A stretch of 64,000 nucleotides of DNA. Origin: Vulcanococcus sp. Clear-D1 (GTDB lineage Bacteria > Cyanobacteriota > Cyanobacteriia > PCC-6307 > Cyanobiaceae). The translations under genes and the position numbers were made by a program. Below the pieces are notes generated by a model. It saw only the letters and a program-made list of their open reading frames with translations. It had not been told where the DNA came from and did not search any database. Where the stretch lies: assembly GCF_014654725.1 (NCBI RefSeq), contig NZ_JACVZV010000010.1, forward strand, positions 10,404-74,403. Direction: 5' to 3'. This document shows, piece by piece, positions 57,103-64,000 of this stretch; positions within the stretch are counted from its first letter, which is position 1; each line of letters starts with the position of its first letter.

Positions 57103-58031
57103 CCATCACCCCCAACGGCATCACCACCCAACTGGGCGATCAAGGCCTGGGCCAGCAGCCCTGGTGGGTCGAGCAGTGGATGGAGCTGATCAATGGCTAT
57201 CGGTTCAAGAAACGGCTCGAGCGCGCCTGGGAGTACGCCCGCAGCGGCAACGTGCTCTCAATCCGCTTTGAAGGGCGCCGCGTCCACGCCCGCGTTCAGG
57301 GCAGCGGCGAAGACCCCTACAAGGTGAAGCTCTGGCTCGATGTGCTCAGCGACGACGACTGGGGCTACGTACTCGAGGCTCTCGGCCAGAAGGCACGTTG
57401 GTCGGCCCAGCTGCTGGCGGGCGTGATGCCCCAAGACATCGAACGCGCCTTCGCCGCCAGCGGCCGGCGGCTGTTTCCGTTCAAGTTGCAGGAGGTGCGC
57501 AGCGAATGCACCTGCCCGGACAAGATCAACCCCTGCAAACACGTGAGCGCCGTCTACTACCTGATGGGCGAGCGCTTCAGCGAAGACCCCTTCGTGCTCT
57601 TCCAGCTGCGGGGGCGCACCCGCGCCCAGTTGCTCAGCGATCTGGCGGTGCAGCGGCGGGCGTTGCTGGCGAAGAAAGCCAAAGAAGCGAAAGAGGCGGC
57701 TCCAGCCGCTGCGCCCCCGCAGCCAGCCGCCGAAGGCTCCCTCAATCCCGCTCCCGCAGCCATCCGCGATCCAAACCGCTGGTGGAATTACGGCGCAGCC
57801 CTCGATCCGGGGCTCGTGGTGATCACCCCGGCCATGGAGGGCGATACGGGCCTGGATGAAGCCGGCCCATTGCCCTTGGCGGAAGACGGCCGCTTCCCCG
57901 AAGCCGGCAAACTGTTTGTGGAGCAGCTCAAAGCCCATGGGGCCGCCTGCGGCACTGCGGCGATGGCTACCGCCATGGCGGCCGGCAGCAACAATGGTGA
58001 AGGCGACGTGGGCAGCAGCGGCCAAGCCTGA
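57099..58031 (+). CDS. SWIM zinc-finger protein
   Basis: 'CTCPDKINPCKHVSAVYYLM' gives the CxC-x(n)-CxH motif. The N-terminal 'WWVEQWMELI' region is typical of partners of bacterial SNF2 helicases. Confidence 0.8.
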   Translation: MTITPNGITTQLGDQGLGQQPWWVEQWMELINGYRFKKRLERAWEYARSGNVLSIRFEGRRVHARVQGSGEDPYKVKLWLDVLSDDDWGYVLEALGQKARWSAQLLAGVMPQDIERAFAASGRRLFPFKLQEVRSECTCPDKINPCKHVSAVYYLMGERFSEDPFVLFQLRGRTRAQLLSDLAVQRRALLAKKAKEAKEAAPAAAPPQPAAEGSLNPAPAAIRDPNRWWNYGAALDPGLVVITPAMEGDTGLDEAGPLPLAEDGRFPEAGKLFVEQLKAHGAACGTAAMATAMAAGSNNGEGDVGSSGQA

Positions 58032-58032
58032 G

Positions 58033-58554
58033 GTGATCAGCCCGCCCCGCCGCCGCCGCCTGCGGCGCCTGGCCGTGGCCCAGGCCCCAGCTCCCTGGCT
58101 CACACCCGGCAAGCAACACCTCGCGAGCTGCATCCTGCGCTCATTCGAGCGGGCTTTCGGCCGGCCGCTGCTTGCTGGCAGCACCACGCACGATGGCCTC
58201 CAGGCTTCTCAGCTGCTGTTCCGGGCCGACACCGTGGTGCTCGCCCACGACGGCGGCCCCGATCCCGCCCTGATCTACGCCAACGCCGCGGCCCTGCAGC
58301 TGTGGGAGCGCAACTGGGCCGACATGATCGGCATGCCCTCGCGGCTCACAGCGGAGCCACAGGAGCGAGCCAGTCGCGCCCAGATGCTCGCCAACGCTCT
58401 GCAGCGGCACGCCAGCGAGGGCTACAGCGGCGTGCGCATCAGCCAGAGCGGCCGCCGCTTCCAGATCCACAACGCCCGCCTCTGGACCCTCTGGGGCCCG
58501 GGCAATCAGCCCTGCGGCCAAGCCGCAGCGTTCAGCAGCTGGTGGTGGCTGTAA
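58033..58554 (+). CDS. MEKHLA-domain (PAS-like) protein
   Basis: 'ALIYANAAALQLWERNWADMIGMPSRLTAEPQERASRAQMLANALQRHASEGYSGVRISQSGRRFQIHNARLWTLW..CGQAAAFSSW' identifies it. The start is uncertain: GTG at 58033, right after the SWIM stop, or ATG at 57994, which overlaps the SWIM gene. Confidence 0.7.
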   Translation: MISPPRRRRLRRLAVAQAPAPWLTPGKQHLASCILRSFERAFGRPLLAGSTTHDGLQASQLLFRADTVVLAHDGGPDPALIYANAAALQLWERNWADMIGMPSRLTAEPQERASRAQMLANALQRHASEGYSGVRISQSGRRFQIHNARLWTLWGPGNQPCGQAAAFSSWWWL

Positions 58555-58716
58555 GCATCTGTTCGGCTCTCCCGAAAACCCTGGCGTAGCAGCCGAACCG
58601 CGGGTGTGAACACCGCACCGGAAGGGTCGGTTCTTGCACTCTGCGCGATCAATCAAGCCAAGCACATTGGCGTTGCGGGTGAACACCCCGCACCCGCACA
58701 TTCAGGAGACACAGCC

Positions 58717-59148
58717 ATGCTGACTCTGCGCCAATCCGCTTTCGATCGCCTCGAGTCCGACCTGTTCAAGCGCCTCGAGCAACAGATCCAAACCGCCGAG
58801 CGCGTGCCCGCCGCTGAAGTACACGAAACCGCAACCGCCTACAGCATCTGCCTGGAACTGCCCGGCGTCGTCCGCGACTCCATCGACGTGAAAGCCACCG
58901 ATCGCAACCTGGTGATCAGCGCCGAACGCCGCGCCCCCCAGCCCGAGAACAGCGAAGCGACCGAAGCCGCCCAAACACCCGCCAAGCTGCTAAGCGAGAT
59001 CCGCTACGGCACGTGGAGCCGCAGCTTCCGCTTCCCCTCGGGCATTGATCGCGAAGCCGTCCAGGCCGTCTACCGCGACGGACTCCTCACGGTGGAGGTA
59101 CCCAAAGCCCAGACCCTCACCAGCGTGACCGTGAAGGTGGAGGGCTGA
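58717..59148 (+). CDS. small heat-shock protein (Hsp20/alpha-crystallin family)
   Basis: 'PAAEVHETATAYSICLELPGV..IDVKATDRNLVISAER' and 'GTWSRSFRFPSGIDREAVQAVYRDGLLTVEVPK' identify it. An AGGAG Shine-Dalgarno sequence lies 8 nt upstream of the ATG. Confidence 0.9.
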   Translation: MLTLRQSAFDRLESDLFKRLEQQIQTAERVPAAEVHETATAYSICLELPGVVRDSIDVKATDRNLVISAERRAPQPENSEATEAAQTPAKLLSEIRYGTWSRSFRFPSGIDREAVQAVYRDGLLTVEVPKAQTLTSVTVKVEG

Positions 59149-59201
59149 ATCAGACAAGGCGGCACGCCGCCGCCAAGATCACACCAAACGAGACGGGACC
59201 C

Positions 59202-59230
59202 AGCCTCGGCCTCAGGGCCGGGGCTTTTTT
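59202..59230 (+). terminator. rho-independent terminator after hsp20
   Basis: AGCCTCGGCC-TCAG-GGCCGGGGCT (one G-U pair) is followed by TTTTT. Confidence 0.7.
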
Positions 59231-59311
59231 GCGGGCAGTCAAGCGGCCGAAAGGCCCGAACCCTGATTCCCAGAGCCCTTCCTACAGTTGCCGCCAACCG
59301 CGCGCGGAACC

Positions 59312-61054
59312 ATGGCTGAGACGGCTGTAGCGAGCACACCCCGCCTGAGCCTGCAGTGCGAGGCGATCGGGGCCGACACCACCACGATCCGCTCGCTCGA
59401 TTGGGACCGCAGCCGCTTCGACATTGAGTTCGGCCTGCGCAACGGCACCACCTACAACAGCTTCCTGGTGCGGGGCGAGCGCACCGCGCTGATCGACAGC
59501 AGCCACCTCAAGTTCGAAAGCACTTGGCTGCCGCTGCTGCAGGAGCAGATCGATCCCAAGGCGATCGATCACCTGATCGTGAGCCACACCGAGCCCGATC
59601 ATTCCGGGCTGATCGGACACCTGATCGACCTCAACCCGGACATCGAGATCGTGGGCTCCAAGGTGGCGATTCAGTTCCTGGAAAACCAGGTGCATCGCCC
59701 CTTCAAAAGCAGGGCGGTGAAAAGCGGTGAGGAGCTTGATCTCGGCACGAACCCCGAAAGCGGCGTGCAGCACCGCTTTGAGTTTCTGAGCGCACCCAAC
59801 CTGCACTGGCCGGACACGATCTTCTCGTTCGATCACGGCACCGGCATCCTCTACACCTGCGACGCCTTCGGCCTGCACTACTGCTCCGACGACGTCTTCG
59901 ATGTGGACCCGGGCGCCATCGCGCCGGACTTCCGCTTCTATTACGACTGCCTGATGGGCCCCAATGCCCGCAGCGTGCTCCAGGCGATGAAGCGCATGGA
60001 TGCGCTGCCGGCGATCAACACCATCGCCGTGGGCCATGGGCCTCTGCTGCGCGAGCACCTGAGCCTCTGGCTCTCCGACTACCGCGAGTGGAGCGAGGGC
60101 CGCAGCAAGGGCGAGGCCTATGCCGCCGTTTGCTACGTGAGCCAGTACGGCTTCTGTGATCGCCTCAGCCAGGCCATCGCCAGGGGCATTGGCAAGGCCG
60201 AAGCCCAGGTGCAACTCGTCGACCTGCGCGCCACCGATGCCCAGGAGCTGAGCGCCCTGATCGGCGAAGCCAGCGCCGTGGTGGTGCCCACATGGCCCGC
60301 CAATCCCGACGCCGAGCTGCAAGCCTCGGTCGGCACCCTGCTGGCGGCCCTGCAACCCAAGCAATGGGTGGCCACCTATGACGCCTACGGCGGCAACGAC
60401 GAACCGATCGACACCGTGGCGTCCCAGCTGCGGGGCCTGGGCCAGAAGGAGGCGTTTGAGCCCTTGCGGATCCGCCAGGTGCCCGATGGGAATGATTACC
60501 AGCGCTGCGAAGAAGCCGGCACCGACCTCGGCCAGCTGCTCACCCGCGCCAAAACGATCGCGGCGATGAAAGCCCTCGATGGCGACCTCGATAAAGCCCT
60601 CGGACGCCTCTCCGGTGGCCTGTATGTGGTGACAGCCCGGCAGGAGGAGCGGGCTTCAGCGATGGTGGCCAGCTGGGTGAGCCAGGCCAGCTTCGATCCG
60701 CCCGGAATCACAGTGGCCGTGGCGAAAGACCGCGCCATCGAAGCGCTGATGCAGGTGGGGGATCGCTTCGTGCTCAACATCCTGCGGGAAGACAACCATC
60801 AGCCGCTGCTGCGCCATTTCCTCAAGCGCTTCCCGCCCGGCGCTGATCGCTTCGCCGGTGTGGCCACCCTCGAGGGAGTGGCGGCAGGCGGGCCGGTGCT
60901 CGGCGATGCCTTGGCCTTCCTCGGCTGCCGCGTGCAGCAGCGCATGGAAGGTCCAGATCACTGGATCATCTACGCCGAAGTGGAGCAGGGCAACGTGGCC
61001 GACACCGAAGCCTCCACAGCCGTGCACCACCGCAAAGTGGGGAACCACTACTGA
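59312..61054 (+). CDS. flv3: flavodiiron protein with canonical di-iron ligands (Flv3-type) and a C-terminal flavin reductase domain
   Basis: The metallo-beta-lactamase motif is 'LIVSHTEPDHSGL' (H-x-E-x-D-H). A flavodoxin-like middle domain is present. The C-terminus 'LYVVTARQEERASAMVASWVSQASFDPPGITVAV' is flavin-reductase-like. The Flv3 versus Flv1 assignment rests on recall of ligand conservation. Confidence 0.8.
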   Translation: MAETAVASTPRLSLQCEAIGADTTTIRSLDWDRSRFDIEFGLRNGTTYNSFLVRGERTALIDSSHLKFESTWLPLLQEQIDPKAIDHLIVSHTEPDHSGLIGHLIDLNPDIEIVGSKVAIQFLENQVHRPFKSRAVKSGEELDLGTNPESGVQHRFEFLSAPNLHWPDTIFSFDHGTGILYTCDAFGLHYCSDDVFDVDPGAIAPDFRFYYDCLMGPNARSVLQAMKRMDALPAINTIAVGHGPLLREHLSLWLSDYREWSEGRSKGEAYAAVCYVSQYGFCDRLSQAIARGIGKAEAQVQLVDLRATDAQELSALIGEASAVVVPTWPANPDAELQASVGTLLAALQPKQWVATYDAYGGNDEPIDTVASQLRGLGQKEAFEPLRIRQVPDGNDYQRCEEAGTDLGQLLTRAKTIAAMKALDGDLDKALGRLSGGLYVVTARQEERASAMVASWVSQASFDPPGITVAVAKDRAIEALMQVGDRFVLNILREDNHQPLLRHFLKRFPPGADRFAGVATLEGVAAGGPVLGDALAFLGCRVQQRMEGPDHWIIYAEVEQGNVADTEASTAVHHRKVGNHY

Positions 61055-62877
61055 TGGCTGCTCCTACAGCCGTCGCCAACGACCGCCGGGTGATCCAGCT
61101 CCCGATCGAGCCTGGGCTGGTGTGCCTGCGGGGCCTGAGCCCGAAGCGGCTGCGCTTCGAGGTGGAGTACGGCCTGGAGCGAGGCACCACCGCCAACAGC
61201 TTCCTGTTTCTCCCCAGCGGCGATGACCCCGCCCTGCTGGTGCATCCACCGGGCAACACCTTCGCAGAGCCCTACCTGGAAGCGTTGGCCAGCCTGGTGC
61301 CACCCCACACCCGGCTGCAGGTGGTGGTGGGTCACACCAACCCCAACCGGGTGCAGCTGCTGCGGCAGCTGGCTCAGGGTTGGCCACGGTTGGAGCTGAT
61401 CAGCTCCAACCCCGGAGCCCAGCTGCTGCGCGAACTCTGGGACCAGCGCAAACCCACGCCACCCGGCGCCGCTGCGGCGGGCGAGCCGGAAGCGCTGCCG
61501 CCCCTACCGCCCCTCCAGGTGGTGCGGGGTGAGGCGGAACTGCAACGGGCGGACGGTCACAACATCCAGCTCCTGCCCACGCCCACGCCCCGCTGGCCCG
61601 GCGGCCTGATGGCCTTCGAAGACACCAGCGGCCTGCTGATGAGCGGCAAGTTCTTCGCCGCCCACCTGTGCAGCGAAGCCTGGGCGGAAGCCAACCGCAG
61701 CAGCACCGAGGAAGACCGGCGCTACTTCTACGACTGCCTGATGGCACCGATGGTGCGCCAGGTGGAAGCGGTGCTCGATCGCATCGATGAGCTGCCGATC
61801 CGCACCATTGCACCAGGCCATGGCCCGGCCATTGCTGAAAGCTGGCGCAGCCTGCTGGTGGACTATCGCCGCTGGGGCGAAACGCAGGAGCGCGCCAAGC
61901 TCTCGGTGGCCCTGCTGTACGCCAGCGCCTACGGCAACACCGCTGCCATCGCCGATGGACTGGCCCAGGGCGTGGCCCGCACCGGGGTACGGGTGGAGAG
62001 CATCAACTGCGAATTCACACCCACCGAGAAACTGCTCGAGGCCATTCGCGGTTGCGATGCCGTGCTGATTGGCTCACCCACCTTGGGAGGACACGCCCCC
62101 ACACCGATCGTGTCGGCCCTGGGCACGCTGCTGGCGGAGGGCGATCGGGCCAAGCCGGTGGGCGTGTTCGGCAGCTTCGGCTGGAGTGGTGAAGCCCTCG
62201 ATCTGCTGGAGAGCAAGTTGCGCGATGGCGGCTTCCGCTTCGCCTTCGAGCCGATCAAGGTGAAGTTCAGCCCCGATGCGGCCACCCTCAAAACGATCGA
62301 AGAAACAGGCACCGCGCTAGGCCGACAGCTGCAGAGCGAACAGCGCAAGGCCCAGCGCCGCGCCAGTGGCGGCGGCCTCAGCGAGAGCCGCAGCAATCCC
62401 GCCGTACTGGCCCTGGGCCGCGTGGTGGGCTCCCTCTGCGTCCTCACCACCGTGAAAGGCAGCGGCGAGAGCCAGCTCAGCGGCGCCATGGTGGCCAGCT
62501 GGGTGAGCCAGGCCAGCTTCTCTCCCCCTGGCCTCACGGTGGCCGTGGCCAAGGATCGGGCCGTGGAAGCGCTGCTGCACGTGGGCGATGCCTTTGCCAT
62601 CAACGTGTTGGCCTCGGGCCGTGAAACCGGACCGATGAAGCAGTTCCTGCAACCCTTCGCCCCGGGCGCCGATCGCTTTGCCGGTCTCGAACTGGAGCAA
62701 AGCCCCGGTGGCCTGCCGGTGCTGCCTGAGGCGCTGGCCTGGCTGGAGTGCACGGTGAAGCAGCGGATGGAATGCGGCGACCACTGGCTGCTCTACGCCG
62801 AAGCAAAGGCGGGTGCGGTGCTCGATGCTGCGGCCACCACGGCCGTACACCAGCGACGCAGCGGCGCCAACTACTAA
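61054..62877 (+). CDS. flv1: flavodiiron protein with non-canonical metal-site residues (Flv1-type)
   Basis: It has the same three-domain layout. The ligand motif reads 'VVVGHTNPNRVQL' (H-x-N-x-N-R). The start overlaps the upstream stop (TGATG). Confidence 0.8.
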   Translation: MAAPTAVANDRRVIQLPIEPGLVCLRGLSPKRLRFEVEYGLERGTTANSFLFLPSGDDPALLVHPPGNTFAEPYLEALASLVPPHTRLQVVVGHTNPNRVQLLRQLAQGWPRLELISSNPGAQLLRELWDQRKPTPPGAAAAGEPEALPPLPPLQVVRGEAELQRADGHNIQLLPTPTPRWPGGLMAFEDTSGLLMSGKFFAAHLCSEAWAEANRSSTEEDRRYFYDCLMAPMVRQVEAVLDRIDELPIRTIAPGHGPAIAESWRSLLVDYRRWGETQERAKLSVALLYASAYGNTAAIADGLAQGVARTGVRVESINCEFTPTEKLLEAIRGCDAVLIGSPTLGGHAPTPIVSALGTLLAEGDRAKPVGVFGSFGWSGEALDLLESKLRDGGFRFAFEPIKVKFSPDAATLKTIEETGTALGRQLQSEQRKAQRRASGGGLSESRSNPAVLALGRVVGSLCVLTTVKGSGESQLSGAMVASWVSQASFSPPGLTVAVAKDRAVEALLHVGDAFAINVLASGRETGPMKQFLQPFAPGADRFAGLELEQSPGGLPVLPEALAWLECTVKQRMECGDHWLLYAEAKAGAVLDAAATTAVHQRRSGANY

Positions 62878-63111
62878 GGCCCCCGCTCTACAGCTCCAGC
62901 ACAAATCAGACCCCAAGGCTGTAACGCAGACAACAAACCAGCCCTCTGGCAATCAACGGCCAGAAATCGGCAAAACCCAATGCCAACAATGGTTTTGGGC
63001 GGCCGATTGTTTAAGCCTGTAAGGCTCGTTCATCTCAGCCTGAAGAAAAACCGAACTCCCGCAGGAAGCGAGTCGATCTCGCTCAAATGATGAGGTCAGC
63101 CATCGAGATCA

Positions 63112-63315
63112 ATGCAGGCGGCCATCGACCCCAACCCCGCTCACCAGCGCTGGGTGGTGCGTTATCGCGGCTTTGTGTTGATTCCCCAGAGCGATCTCAG
63201 CTGGCTGGTGCGACCGGAACGCAGCCCGATGAGCCTGCTGCCCTTCCGCACACCGGCCAGCTCCGTGGACGACGTGAAGGCCTTGATCGACTGGCGCCTG
63301 AATCAGGCGGCCTGA
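63112..63315 (+). CDS. hypothetical protein (67 aa)
   Basis: It is ATG-started with GC3-rich codon usage like the neighbouring genes. I recognise no family. Confidence 0.45.
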   Translation: MQAAIDPNPAHQRWVVRYRGFVLIPQSDLSWLVRPERSPMSLLPFRTPASSVDDVKALIDWRLNQAA

Positions 63316-63557
63316 GGGGGCGGCGGGGTCGAACCACCCGCCACAAAGGGCAGCACCACGGTGGCCCAACGCTCCGGACGAGCCGGACGGCTGCGGCGCG
63401 GACGACGCACGCCGAAGGGAACCCGCACCACATTGGTGCCTTCCACGCGCAGGGTTTCTCCGCTGGCCAGGGTGGGCAGCGATAGATCGGCGTGACCTTT
63501 GCCTCCCGCCGTGAGCGACGTGGTGATCAGCGTGGTTCCGTGGTCGTCAGCGCTCAT
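63303..63557 (-). CDS. hypothetical protein (84 aa)
   Basis: It is ATG-started with GC3-rich codons. It converges on the previous ORF with a 13-nt overlap. I recognise no family. Confidence 0.4.
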   Translation of the reverse strand: MSADDHGTTLITTSLTAGGKGHADLSLPTLASGETLRVEGTNVVRVPFGVRRPRRSRPARPERWATVVLPFVAGGSTPPPPQAA

Positions 63558-63698
63558 GGTTGCTCCCCGATACCGGTGTCACCCGATCCGCAGTGATCCC
63601 TGCAGTTGCAGCAGATCCTGCTGGAAAAGCAAGGGTGGTTGCGAAAAGAAATTCCGCATTTTTCGTTCCGACGAAATCTAAACGCAAACCCGCCACAA

Positions 63699-64000
63699 TC
63701 AAGCCCTGCTCAAACTTGGTGCCGCCAGTTCATCCACCGACGGGCAGGTGCACACCAAATTGCGATCGCCGAAGGCGTTATCAATGCGCGCCACGGCCGG
63801 CCAGAGCTTGCTAGCGAGCTGGTGTTCGCCAGCGGGATAACCAGCTTGAGCGCGGCTGTAGGAGCGATCCCATTGCTCGGCCATCACCGCCGCCAGGGTG
63901 TGGGGCGCCCGCTTGAGGGGGTTATCGGCCGGGTCGGCATCTCCGGCTTCAATGGCCGCGGCCTCAGCACGAATAGCCGTCATGGCCTCAGCGAAGCGCT
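63699..64000 (-). CDS. gcvP: glycine dehydrogenase (decarboxylating), C-terminal end; the gene continues beyond the window
   Basis: '[32 protein letters not shown]...[27 protein letters not shown]' is the conserved GcvP C-terminus. The frame stays open to nt 64000. Confidence 0.85.
   Translation of the reverse strand, partial: RFAEAMTAIRAEAAAIEAGDADPADNPLKRAPHTLAAVMAEQWDRSYSRAQAGYPAGEHQLASKLWPAVARIDNAFGDRNLVCTCPSVDELAAPSLSRA

Noticed and set aside
58555-58716. Several short inverted repeats upstream of hsp20 (for example GCGGGTG...CACCCGC and GGTGT-GA-ACACC) as an RNA thermometer, or TTGCACTC as a CIRCE half-site
   Set aside because: None of the stems sequesters the AGGAG Shine-Dalgarno sequence or the start codon. 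No second CIRCE half (GAGTGCTAA) is present. Without a mapped 5' end this cannot be supported.
63316-63345. GGGGTCGAACCACCC resembling a tRNA T-arm; more generally, a tRNA as the integration target for the element at 31.5-36.7 kb
   Set aside because: No complementary 5-bp T-stem, acceptor stem or anticodon arm can be built around it, and it lies inside a coding-looking ORF. By eye I found no tRNA-like cloverleaf next to either att repeat. The att repeats are explained by the argJ 3' end.

Overview
This window looks like chromosomal DNA from a high-GC picocyanobacterium of the Synechococcus/Cyanobium type. That assignment is an inference from gene content: a flavodiiron flv pair, the secE-nusG-rplK-rplA block, thiO, gatB, speA, alaS and gcvP. 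No GC values were computed; all composition statements are by eye.

The window has three parts.

(1) nt 1 to about 20,900 is a visibly lower-GC accessory region.
- It opens with a giant surface protein of at least 3,240 aa, whose 5' end runs off the window. The protein carries FG-GAP repeats, a Calx-beta domain and a DUF4114-like tail.
- Next comes a 6-kb mosaic of dead IS fragments (IS5/IS1182-like, two IS21-like, two ISAs1-like) that enclose a low-GC nucleoside hydrolase.
- Then comes a very AT-rich two-gene module of unknown function whose products share an N-terminal domain.
- The region ends with a DAACS symporter fused to a periplasmic solute-binding domain.

(2) nt 20,900-31,470 and 36,680-64,000 are high-GC core genes: rplA, rplK, nusG, secE, clpB, gloA, eno, an ABC1 kinase, a LysR regulator, argJ, coaE, gatB, thiO, ndk, speA, alaS, hsp20, flv3/flv1 and the gcvP 3' end. 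Several small accessory inserts interrupt them:
- a vapBC-type toxin-antitoxin pair;
- a HEPN/MNT pair wedged between a SNF2 helicase and its SWIM partner;
- a tandemly duplicated secreted Gly-zipper/His-rich protein;
- a Crp / cNMP-domain / GGDEF signalling cluster flanked by two paralogous small Cys-tailed proteins.
Three TGTGA-N6-TCACA (CRP-type) boxes also lie in this part.

(3) nt 31,468-36,700 is a roughly 5.2-kb AT-rich integrative element inserted into the 3' end of argJ.
- It is bounded by 20-bp direct repeats that each re-encode the argJ C-terminus.
- It carries a tyrosine integrase, arm-type TGACACA repeats, a UDG-superfamily-like protein, a very acidic protein, a putative HUH (rolling-circle Rep-like) protein, an RHH protein and a serine recombinase.

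I could not recognise any rRNA, tRNA or CRISPR array. Many long ORFs in the supplied track are antisense artefacts of the high GC content and are rejected.
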